From positions 16,740,001-16,804,000 of the forward strand of contig OZ316775.1 of the NCBI GenBank assembly GCA_973851085.1: 64,000 bases of DNA. The letters are read 5' to 3'. Shown in pieces: positions 13,844-25,663 of the stretch (position 1 is its first letter; every line of letters begins with the position of its first letter). Below the pieces are notes generated by a model, which was not told the origin of the DNA, did no database searches, and saw nothing but the letters and a program-made list of their open reading frames with translations. The stretch comes from Ptychomitrium polyphyllum. Its lineage: Eukaryota. The position numbers and the translations under genes were made by a program.

Positions 13844-13966
13844 TTCAACTACAAAGGGTTGATTAAGACAATTTCTAAAGCAGTATGTTATCTTAAATAT
13901 GAAGCTTAATTGTGGTTAAGACATTTTAGTGTCTTAAAAGTGTCTTAATCAACTCTTGTTCTTGAA
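13844..13966. mobile_element. MITE-like fold-back element (~120 bp) with imperfect terminal inverted repeats
   Basis: AAGGGTTGATTAAGACA (13854-13870) matches the reverse complement of TGTCTTAATCAACTCTT (13941-13957) at 16/17 and extends imperfectly to TTCAA/TTGAA ends. Internal TTAAGACA..TGTCTTAA sub-palindrome. Confidence 0.45.
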
Positions 13967-15637
13967 GTGGTAGTTCATATAGGAACCTTAAGTTTATGCA
14001 TTAGAATAAGATTTTGCACCTAGCCAATTGGCCTAAGTCACTAGATTTGATATAATTTGATCCAAAAGTTAAGGTTTTGCTTATGGTTGTCTTTGAATGT
14101 AAACAACTTCTCACAAGTTGAAATAATTATATACATCCAAGTATATTTGGAAACCTATATTAAAAAATTATTTAGTATTTGTATGGTATTAAGTGTTATG
14201 GTGAATTGCTTTATACAAGACATTATTCACAAACAATCTGTAAAATTCCTTGTTATTCTAATTGAATGTTTTTTAACATTTCATATTAATGACATTAGTT
14301 TGAGGATTTACATTCTGTATTACTGTAAGATTTTTGAAAGATAATACAAATTACAATTTTTTGTGTATTGAAATTAACCATTTATTAGGTGATTTTTTGC
14401 ACAATGATTAATGATTAATACAAGACATAATCAAAATGAGCTTTGGTACCATTTCTGAGAATTAAGAAGATATGAAGAACAAAAAACCAAAAGAAACATT
14501 CCAAAATGCAATTTTCAGTGCAATGAAATTAACCATCCATTCAGGGATCGGTGAAGAAATAATTGAATAGGAAAAGCAATAAAATAAAATAAGAAGGAAA
14601 GAATGCAAATGATTGGCAAGAAGTATATTTTTAGTCCTCTACAAGTGAATAGACAATCTTCAGAAAATTCTTAGAAAGGAAAAAACATCCCTTCCTTTGA
14701 AAGTAAAAACGGACCATATATTCTTTGTTCATTGGGTCTAAAGAATGCATACTTTGTCCAAAATCCACATTGTTTACTTACAACACACATTTCATTGCAT
14801 ATCATTTACAAAGACAGTAGATAATGTAATACTTGTATACAATGACAGGCTCGGGAGGCTCAATAGAACTTCTTTGACTTGCTTCTATCATCCAAACTTA
14901 CATGAAAAGAAAGCGAGCTTATAGTTCTGTACAGCAGACATACAGTAGTAAGCATCACTTTGAAGAAAAAACTATAGAAAGCAGGCAAACTGAGAAGGCT
15001 CAGCGTTCATTTCGAATTGAGACAATCGATGATGCTTAAAACCATCTAGCACATTCCAAGCATTACGACGAACCACAAAAGGAGAACTCCGATACCAAAG
15101 GATTCGAGTACATGAAGAGTCTAATCATTCAACCAAACGCAAACCAACATAAATAGAGATACCACTGCTGTTCTTGCTGACCCCTGAAATAGAGATGGTC
15201 CTAACAATTCTGAAGATTCAAGGAGGCGTCACTTGGTAGGTAGAACATGTACCACGATCTGGCATACAGCCTGAATTAATATACTTAGCGTCTGGGAACA
15301 TATCTGGTGTCCAACGCCAGCCGGATTGTGACTCCTCTTCCTGATATGAGAGATGGAGTTCACTTGGAAATCAAAAAAATATAAGTCAAGCAGAAGATTT
15401 TACACGATTGGTACTTGAAAATTGAAGGTGCCAAGGTTGTGAATACTCGTCGGAAGTGAAAAAATTAACTAAGAATAGGTGATGAAGCGTCCTACCAAGT
15501 GTGTTCTCCGTGAGACTCTGGTTTTACCAAACGAATGTGAGGAACACGTCCAATACACGATATAACACTGTTCAGAAACATGTCCGATCTTCTCCCGAAG
15601 AAATTTGGGACTGTTCGACCTACAAGGCAGAAAGAAT

Positions 15638-17221
15638 TCAAGGAATAGGGGAGCTACGGGTCCGTCGAAGCCGGTTCCTCGTCCGGAAATCAGGCGGGGG
15701 CCTTGGCAGAAGGAGCACCGCAGCAATACCACCGAACAAAGCAGCTCCTGCCCCGAGCAAAAACGCTGGCATGTTGCCTCCATTGAAAAGCTCATCCCAA
15801 GGTCCACTTCCTACCGAAACAATCACCTGGGGGGTGACAACTGCGAGGTTCAGCACGCCCGCGGACAAACCTTGACCACCTCCCACTTTCTCCGTGTAGG
15901 TCGCTGTCAACGAATACGGAACAGAATATGTCACAGCAAGGGGTGCCCCCAGAACTGAGAAGATGGCGAGAGCAGCGTAGACGATATAAGTCGGTGGCGG
16001 ATCACTGGGAGCAAACTGCCTTGCTCGCTCAGCAGCACCCGACACCAGAGAAGTGCCAACGAAGCAAGCCGCCATGATCACATTGGCAATACCCCAAACA
16101 TAACTGGACCCCAGTTTCCTGCAGACGAACTCAATGCATAGGGAGGACAGACCCAGGACGACAGAGTTCAGCAGAAGCCCCAGAGCTCCCATGTGTACAC
16201 CATTGTAATACCACTTGCCTTTAGGGTCTCCGAGTGCAGGGTCACCACCATAGACTTCACGGCCCATCCAGTCAGTGTCGAAGAGGAGAAAAGGGAACCA
16301 CGCAATCCAGGTGAGTGCAGTGACGAAAAGAATGTACCACATAGGTCGTGGAAGGTCTCTCAAGGCTCCCAAAAGCTCCCAGAACAGAGCCTCGGATTCG
16401 GGTTCATCTTCCTCATCCTCGTCTTCTTCTTCATTTTGAGATCCAGCTACACTGCTCGAGGTTTCAGATTTGTCAGACAGAAGTGGAGTCCCAGACTTCA
16501 CAACTGAGTGCTTCTTGATAGGGTCATATGGAATCTCTGTGGCTGCAGTTACACTAAGGAAAGTGGTTGCCAGCAACATAATCACCCCCAGGAGGAATGC
16601 CGACTTGAGGTTGGCACAGGCATTGTCACATGCATCTGTCTTTGTGAAAACAAAGATCTTGTACCATCCACCGTAGGCTCCAGTTGCAAATCCCAGGATG
16701 TTGCCGAGAGCCATGAACAGAGAGAAAAAAGCATTTGCTCTTCGGTTCCTGCTCTGGTCTTTCCCTGTGAAATCGGCCAATAGAGCCCTGCATGGACCCT
16801 GGAGCGTGTTGTTAGCGAGGTCAAGCACCCAGAATCCCAATACAAAGATGACAATCGCCATCGGCCGGGAGTCGGATGTGTCGCCAAAAAGAAATCCCAG
16901 ATCAGCAGAAAACCCTATGATGAGAACAGAGACAACCACAAGCATTGCTCCTGCGATGATAAAAGGCCTTCTTCTTCCATATCGACTTGTGCAGCTATCA
17001 CTGTAGTGACCGATAATGGGTTGCACAATCATGCCAGAAATGGGCCCACAGAGCCAGATTAAGCTGGCCCATTGATGAGGAATACCAAGCTCTTGGACGT
17101 AAGGGGTAAGTAATGATAGCTGCAATGCCCACCCGAATTGGACCCCAGCTGCCACACTAGCAACCTGGATCAATGCCCGAATAGGTACTCGATTCTTCTT
17201 CTTCCCTCTACTCGAATCCAT
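15638..17221 (-). CDS. SUT4: Sucrose/H+ transporter (GPH/MFS), SUT4/type III-like; intronless CDS
   Basis: Single ORF from ATG 17221 with VAAGVQFGWALQLSLLTPYVQELGIPH, WLCGPISGMIVQP, GRRRPFI, QGPCRALLAD, WFPFLLFDTDWMGREVYGG, GGGQGLSAGVLNLAVV, SGPWDELFNGGNMPAF. Family assignment is certain; the clade is inferred from the short N-terminus and RVPIRALI motif. Probable 5'UTR intron 17270-19000. Confidence 0.93.
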   Translation of the reverse strand: MDSSRGKKKNRVPIRALIQVASVAAGVQFGWALQLSLLTPYVQELGIPHQWASLIWLCGPISGMIVQPIIGHYSDSCTSRYGRRRPFIIAGAMLVVVSVLIIGFSADLGFLFGDTSDSRPMAIVIFVLGFWVLDLANNTLQGPCRALLADFTGKDQSRNRRANAFFSLFMALGNILGFATGAYGGWYKIFVFTKTDACDNACANLKSAFLLGVIMLLATTFLSVTAATEIPYDPIKKHSVVKSGTPLLSDKSETSSSVAGSQNEEEDEDEEDEPESEALFWELLGALRDLPRPMWYILFVTALTWIAWFPFLLFDTDWMGREVYGGDPALGDPKGKWYYNGVHMGALGLLLNSVVLGLSSLCIEFVCRKLGSSYVWGIANVIMAACFVGTSLVSGAAERARQFAPSDPPPTYIVYAALAIFSVLGAPLAVTYSVPYSLTATYTEKVGGGQGLSAGVLNLAVVTPQVIVSVGSGPWDELFNGGNMPAFLLGAGAALFGGIAAVLLLPRPPPDFRTRNRLRRTRSSPIP

Positions 17222-20200
17222 CTTGTAATGTCGGCCAAGTCTCAAACCTGTTCTAAATGCTCAATCCACCTGCAAAACAACACCATTCATAGTTTGAGCA
17301 TATGATATCCACCAAGCGAGATTCATTATGAAGCTGACAGATAAATAACATAAAACACCAAAACCTCTATCAAACCCTCAGCAACAGCATCAATCATCCT
17401 TGCTTAACCAAATAGAGAACAGTGGTAAGCGCATCCTCGGAGCTCACAAGCAATTTCTAGAATACAGACAATCATATCTTCCTTGACTAACCACCATTTC
17501 TTACGTTTCTTTGGAAGGAAATAAAAGCATTCTTTTCTCTGTGCTAGGTCGCAGAGAATCCAGCAACAAGTCAACAAAATCTGACACTAATCACTATCAA
17601 CAGAAATTCACAAGTCACAATTCATACGCATAACCAGATCTGCAAAAACGATGTGAAACCTAGATTCAAACTTCTCGACAAGCAGAGACTAAACAATGAA
17701 GTTAATTTCCTCTACCAAACTATCACCTCGAAGTGGATCATTCAGGTTGTTCTACAATCAGGAAGCATAGAAGACGCAAAGCAAGTCTAACACGACCGAC
17801 CATCGTGGAGGCTTCTAGCTTCTAATCGATGAACATAATTCAGGGAAAAACAAGGAAACTTGCCTAACTCCATGTGTCCTGTATAGATATGCCTCATTCT
17901 CTCTTCTATCAAATACACAAAACAGATGTTTTTCGAGATAGCCAAATCAGGAGAGAACAAAAGTCCCTGTTAAATAACAGGCTCTTCTCTACACCTTACA
18001 CTAAGACCAGTAATCGGAGTTTCAGCTCCAGACATAAAAATTCAAATCGTACTAATTACTGCAGGTGTTGAGTGCCAGAGACTACTCGGCGCTTCGCTCG
18101 GAATTGTCGAGCCATACCAAACTTATCCAAAGGAGAGGAACAAGACTTCTTCAAAAAACTAATAAAATGCCGCAAATTTAGCTTGATGTAATGGTCCAGC
18201 GAACTACAAGGGAGGGGCGCAGCTCCAAGCACTCTCGACCTATCAACCAATTCCGTGCGAGATTATGCGTCACAGCCACAAAAATCATGCGATCGGCTTC
18301 ATCGCGCACAATGAACCACGTGACAGGTCGGCCACTGCAAACCAAAATGCGGCATAATCGAGACAAGATCACCCCTCAAAATAAAATTCTCTGAGTTACT
18401 TAATGCGAAAGCAACTAACTCACGTTATATAACACGCGATGAGGCACAAAGCCTGCGGAATTGAACAAACATCGTACACCCTATTCCGGCCTGTCGTAGG
18501 GAACTACAGCCGACAAGCCGACTATTTCAAAACTTCACCATGATCAATCACTCCTGTAGAATTACACGCCGAAAACACAAACCAAAGGAAAGATTTTCAA
18601 ACCACATCGCCAAAAAAATCACTTCAAGAAACGCTAATATGGATCGTCACAGCAAGCTTTCTTTTTTTCGCATCCTGTCTACAAAAGGCTACCAACTAAA
18701 GGTCACCGAACGCAAACGCCGAAGAAAAAGAAGCTAGAAGAGAAGACCCCAGCTTGCAGATCCCGCATTGTCCGAAAATGGAAACAGTCACAAACTCACA
18801 AACTCTTGAAAGCGCTTGTTCGGCATCGCTACCCCCTGCACCCACAACGTTGGACTTGGGAAAAGCAAAACAACGACCGGGCGTGAAAAAAATAACACCA
18901 TCAAACTCACCACTCAGCTCATCTGGGAAGCACGAATGCGCGAATGCAACCCCTCCGGCTCCGAAGCGTGGACGAGAAAAAATCCTGCACCCACACTTAC
19001 GTTACGAGGCCACAATGGATCCTGCGATGACGGAGAGAACAATGACCATCCTTCATGGCGAAGAGCAGCCGCACAAACGAAGAAAAATCAGGGCTTGGAT
19101 GAATCATCGAACGACTGAATCACGTTCGCCCTATGTTTGCGAGCCACCTTCATCCTCACAGAGAATCTGAGGGTGGTCGCTGCCCAAAACCGTCCCCATT
19201 CTCAAAGCCGACCACTTCTCTACCGATGGATCACACTTCACTTCGTGGAACCTGCAAACTTGCAAACATGGCGTTGGTTTTCAGGTGCGGTGACGATACA
19301 AGATTTCAGGAAGTGGAATGTATGCCTCCGCTAGATGATGCTGGTTTCTGCTATCAATGACGGCTTTTGGTGTAAATACTCAGGTTTCTACTTTCGTCGC
19401 CGGCAAGGAACACCTGTGAGTCGCCAAGCTCTTGTGTGATGTCTTTGAAGAAACCTTGCTGTCACTTTGTGCTCATTGGCTGGGTATCGGATCTGCACTG
19501 GGCCTACTTTGGATGCCCAACCAGCCAGTTTGTATGTCGTGTAAGGTACGTCGTGAATTTGAAGCGGGAGTCTATGCTAGTGTAGTTTTGATTGGGATTG
19601 AAAGTTTCATTCTTTGGGATGGTTATTTTTTTGGTCTACGTTTACAGCTTTGAATGGTTTCACCTTTTGTTCTGACGACTCTCTGGTGGGGGAAAAGTCT
19701 GGACGGCTAGGACTTGGGTCGCGTGATGTGGTGCGATGGTGAGGGATTCACGAAAGCCAATGCACCTGAGGTTCAGGAAAACTCCGGGGTGAGGTTCTTC
19801 AACTGCGATCCGGCGTATGATTGAATCCACACTCGACAGCTCACAGATATTCACTTCGGGCAACCTTGACCTCTTCAAAAACCAAAATATGTCCCTTTCA
19901 ACTGGGTTGCAAAAAAAATATCAGTACAAGTAACGAGGAGTTTATTGCAAGACGAGTGTTTGCAAGTAGAAACGTTTAAAAGGTTAGAGTATACGTGAAC
20001 ATTTTTTTTAAATTACCGCTTCAGTGGTTGGGATCAACGCCAAGAAATGCTGAAAGAAGGAAATACAGTCACAGTCGCATGAATGGACATGCCAGCAACT
20101 ACACCGCAGACTTTGGAGACTTCACTTCGTCCCGGATTAGTAACTTGTGTTTCACTAATCACCAATGCAAGACAATAACAATTTCATTCCTAAACTTTAT

Positions 20201-22699
20201 AAACAGAATGATTGCAATGAAGGCTTCAATACATAGCAACGTCCATGCTACATATTGCAAATCCTGAATTTTGCGTTCCTACAATGCATCTGTCAATGAC
20301 TTTGTCCAGATCAGATATAACTTCTGTCAATCTAAGCTCCATTCAAACTGAATCTGGGTTGCATACCTGCGTATTAACTTGATGTCATTCGTGCATCTTA
20401 AGTCGCCCTTGATAGCACTGGATTTCATACTCACAAGAAAACCTCAGGATTTATGATAACTTTGAATTTTGCTTAATCTAAAGTTATTTTTTTGAACCAA
20501 TAAGAAGCCGTGTCCACAGTCGATCAAATACAAACACAAACATGAGCTAGCTTCAAGAATAAACTCCAATAAATTTAAAAATCCCTTAGATATTATCAAC
20601 CGAAAGCTTTGAGGTATCCAAATAACACTAGTTCATCCATTAAAGAATCATAAAACCTGTTTATTCGAATAATTACATCACCAACTATAAGTTAGTAACG
20701 TTTACTTTTTCGGCTACTTGTGCATTAAAATATTTACATAAACTAAACGTAGAATGGTGACTTGGCTTAAGTTCCTGAAACTCCTATTTTAGCTTTGTGC
20801 TGTTTGAATACAGCATGAAATACAACGATGGACAATCTGAATTAGCTCATTCTCAAGTTGACATTCCAGCTAAGTGGCACATCCCAGTTCATCAAGCAGG
20901 AGTTTCAGGTTGACTCTAACCCCTGCAGACAACGCTTGTTTAATTCAGAGCGAGTTATTCCACGCAGTAATCAGTCGTTATTCCCTAAAAAAAGCAGGAC
21001 ATTGATGAAGCAGATGGCATCTGTTTACAACAGTTCCAAACATGTTACTCTGAAGCTGCTACAGCATCTGAAGCTTAAAGTTTCAAGCTGGTGGACAAAG
21101 AGAACATGGACTAGCACTCATAACCAATGCTGCAAGCTCAGCAGCAATTCTAGTATTCAAAAGTCCGAATTTCTTACTAGGGCCGATCAGTATGATTATA
21201 GATACAGCTGCTTTTTCCTAATCTATAGCAACCAATCTACTAGAACTAATCAAGGTGCTGGATACGAAATTAGGAATAAAAGCCAATCTGAAGAGCAGGT
21301 ACTGTGCACCACTAGTTCAAAACCGTGATGTTTGATTTCGCATCTCGATTCTCCATGTTCTCTTGGCATATTGGGTAAAAATCTGTGAACCCCCCTCCTC
21401 CAGAGCTAAGAGGGAAACGAAGTCACAAAAGAGGAATCTGTTGTCAGCCCCATGATGCTTGGTTACCTACTCTGAAATGGCAACTGAATCCAGTGGCACA
21501 TTTCGTGCATAACAAAGCTTGAAGTAATCAGAAACCTATTTACGTGTGACCCGTTCAAGCTTTGCTCTGAGAAACAAAATTTCACACCGGGATTTAAGCA
21601 ACCGCGCTCTACACTCAAATTGATGGAACTAAAACAGAAAATAGCACATTGTATCTGCACTGACATCAGAAGGGCACATTTGACTCGCTTTGGATGATGT
21701 TGACCTATGTCTCATCTGAGCATTTTACAGGCACTTATGATTTTCAATGTGCCATCCTCCTTCGTGAGCACCAACATTAGCCCCTTGGACAGCTCCAAAG
21801 TAGCATCTTATTGTAGGATCTTTGTAAATCTACCGTCAAATGTCATCCCCACGTCTTCGTTCGAGAGGACCACTTTCTACTGCTTCGGCCCTAAGGAGGC
21901 CTTCGAGTAAAGAGCCTGTCCAATCAGAGACGCATATGTGGCTTCGTGGACATCGTTAATTTTAACAGGAGACAATCCAGATCCACCAGAGAGTGAGTGC
22001 TTGTGAGGAATCATTTGTTTCCTCTAGAGTAAATTCACGTGCTCTTGGCAGACTTCAATTCACGCTCAAGTTCGGCCAGTTGATTGTTCTTCTTAAATTT
22101 TCTTCGGTTGACATTCTCTTGAGCTCTTGAACATTGTCACAGTTTTCCAGGGTCGGATGCGCTTGCTAGCCCGGTTATCGATTTTTTCCACCATCAAAAC
22201 ATCCTCGTCCGCATCTATATAGGACATCCATTCCACAAAGACAAACTTGAACCATGGGACAGACGAATGGGAATCGGGAACCATCTACACTACAATTGAG
22301 CATGATGCATTTTGGTCCACCTGGGATATTTGTCTCTGAAACCATGTTTTGCATGGAAAATGTCCACCCCCTTGCATTAGTTGAGAGCTGTCGTTGCAGC
22401 AGTGAGGTCATAGAAGTCCTCATTAGAACAATGAAGGCAGGAAATTTTCTTGCTGTTTGGCTTTCTTAAAGAGATGGAGGGTAATGTTGCTAACAATGTT
22501 GTAGGTGGAACCTCAAGTTGTAGTTTTTTTTCTCTGCCTACAAAAATTGCTTACCAGCCTCTTGCATTCTTTTCCCACTTTGGTTTTGAGCAATATTATA
22601 GTGCCACTTAAACCATTTTGCGGCACAAGAAAAACTGTGGAAACCTAGGGTGGCAATCATGGTGGTGAGGAGTGGACTTCAAAGCTGTAAAAAATAGTT

Positions 22700-24250
22700 G
22701 GTCCTTGTTTATAATTCTTAATTGTCATACTTCATTGCAATTCTTTATGGATGGTTCACTTTAATGGGATTTAAATATAGTGTTTGTATATCAAGGTTTG
22801 AAGTTGTAGCACAATTTCTATATTAATTTCAATTCTTTCTTATAGAATCCTTTCAACTTTGTTGCATGCAAGTAGGTAAGTTCATTGTTGATGGAGGAAA
22901 GCAATTTCTTATACGCAAGAAAAAAATTTACAATTAGCATGGTAATAAGCATTTGTATAGTTATTATTGTACTATAATAATTTCTTTTTTAGAATTTTGA
23001 AGTAAGAATTAATAAGTTGTTGTAGCCTTGTAGATATAGTAAAATCAAAATTATTGTAGATTTAATAAATATTATATTTTCAATCTTTTGAAGTTTTATG
23101 CTTATACAATTAATTTCAATGGAAATAATAAAACTAATAACATAATTATATGAATTTTTATACACATCATGAACTAAATTTATTAGTAAATGTTTGAGTG
23201 CTATTTACATTTGAAATATAGCCAATATAAAAAAAACAAGAATATAAATAACAATTTTTTGAGAATGGATGTTTTATTTAAAATTGTAATTGATTTTGCT
23301 TTGTTCAAGTTTAATTAGCAATGTTTGTACATTCATGTACATATCATTTTTATTTTATTTAATTCAAAAAATAATAATTTGTCAAGCTGCTACAATTTAG
23401 TACCTTTATAAACTTTTATCCACTTATATCAATTAAAAAACTAAAGAATTCAATAACAAAATCTCATTGAATAATTACAAAATAATTATGAAATAACTAT
23501 TATTAATGAAAAAATGAGTAATCTTTTTATGCATTTATAAGCAGTCGTTTTTCAAATTGTAGTATTGTATATATTTTATTTTCAAATATGGAATTAAATT
23601 TTCTATATCATAATTTTTCTTTTTAATTGCTAAACATACTTTGCTACATATCAAATATAAATGCTTAAAATTGAATTTTGATTATTTTTGAATTGTGAAG
23701 AATTGCCAAATGTCTAGGTGTACAATGAAATATTATAGAATTCTTTTAAAACTTATGCTTTATGCGATAATGAGTTATAAAAGATTATAAAATAGTAAAA
23801 TTGTTTTGAATGCAAAATTCAGTTTGGATGGAACTTTTAACACTTAACCATATTGATTATTATTACATTGTATAAAAAAAACTATAAACTTTCCCTTATT
23901 CAAAAAGGCTAAAGTTTACATTGAACATCATTTGAAAGTTATTTCAATTTACACTTCATTGTGAAAGCAACAAGTACCTGGGCTCTCATGTCAAGATTCA
24001 ATTCTTTACTTATTGATTGAGTTTTGAAATTACAATGGTTATTAATGATACATATATACATACATATATATATATATATATATTTATATATGTGTGTGTG
24101 TGTGTGTGCGCATTTGTGCAGATTTTTGTTATTTTATTTAGATGAATTTTCTTCTATTTTCATCATTTCTAAACTTTCCATTTCTAAAACTTCCACTTCT
24201 ACTATAACTTCAAAACGAATGTTAATATAACTTACTTCTGTGTACACAGT
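22700..24250. other. Very AT-rich, CpG-poor intergenic block (probably decayed repeat), with compound (TA)n(TG)n microsatellite at ~24048-24108
   Basis: Base composition and lack of meaningful ORFs; the microsatellite is directly visible. Confidence 0.55.
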
Positions 24251-25663
24251 AGTATATTTAAGAACTTTCCACTACGTTGTTGCCTTCAAAGGTCAAGTTA
24301 GCATACAAGAAACAAACAAACAATGCCACAGCCTAAGTGCCAACTACACATGCATATTGTTTTCTTAAAGCATGTAGAGTCATTCATTGTACACATATGA
24401 TTCATGTATTGCAGTGTCTCGGGGATTATCAGAAGGCACCAGAGTATGCTTCTCAAGATACATCAAAACTTACTAAACTTCATGAATTCTACTCTTTCAC
24501 AGTTACAACCAGGCTTGTGCTTCTAGTTATGAGAGGCCATGCTTTCACATGAATTAAAACTCAAAGACTAAGAAACAGCTCACTACCGATCGCTGCAGTA
24601 AAACTCAAGTGCGCACTACTGCACATTACTGTTCATTGTCATCCCATTGTTTGCATTACATACAGCCCTCTGTGAATGGAAGAGAATGGTATTAACTTAT
24701 GTTCTTTCAAAAGAATCATTGTAACTGAGTTATGAAGCTTGAGAGCAAAGGTTGGCCATAATTATACACTTGGTGCCATACTCGGAAGAGAAAGGCGGCA
24801 AGGAAGCATGCTGATTTGTCATTCTCGAATTCTACCGCGACATTGGTGGAGGCATTCCTATATTTGAAGGAAGAGTGTTATGTAAACAGCAAGAGTCTCG
24901 AGTACTGGTTAGCCTACCTGTAATGAGGTGGAACAGCCCATTTAACACTGAGGTAAGGCATGCTTCCTTTAGCACATATATTGTAGAGGTTATCAGTATT
25001 TTGGGTGAACAGAGATCAGTTAGTAGTTCAACGTATTTGAGAACATGTAGTTGGCATTAGACAAAATAATTATTAGACAAGATAATTAGGTTTGTTGCAT
25101 TGCATTTATAATAGGACGTTACACAATGTCAAAGAGGAAAATTGTTTCATTGCAAGATTGCAGAGGCCAACGAAGACCTAGGTCATTGTTCTGTACAGCG
25201 AGTAGCTGCAACAGTAAGTAAAAGTGGAAGTCAGAATTTTCTTCCTTTCCTCCTGAGTTGGGAAGATTTAACAGTTGCACCTAGATACATAGCGGATGAG
25301 ATCACTCTACGGAGTAGCACAATCTGTATACACGCACATGGACCAACTCAGCTCTAGAGAAACAAGGTCCAAATTGTATTTTTTAAGCTGTTCCCGACTC
25401 TCACTTTCTGCAACTACGGAGGCGTCGCTATTACGCTGCAAATCTGCGACACCCAAGAATGGAAGGTCTGCCCCAATTATTGCATCCAATGCTACCAGGC
25501 TCAAATAGAAGCTCCTAGATACACCACGAGATTTGGAGCATCGGATTTACTGGATTGATTGCCTCCTCCCATATGGCCCTTAGTTGTAACTCTGGCAGTG
25601 GTTAAGAGTACCACAGCTCCCGATGCGTAAGATAGAAAGGAAGAGAATACTGAACTCGAGAAT

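Noticed and set aside
15469..15807. Alternate-frame ORF overlapping the SUT 3' end containing RRTHLV, reminiscent of the sucrose-sensing bZIP uORF peptide
   Set aside because: Only a 6-residue match, located downstream of and overlapping the CDS rather than in a leader, and the conserved C-terminal part is absent; most likely chance.
18754..19360. Several + strand ORFs (65-138 aa) upstream of SUT
   Set aside because: No recognisable motifs; they lie antisense to the SUT leader/promoter.
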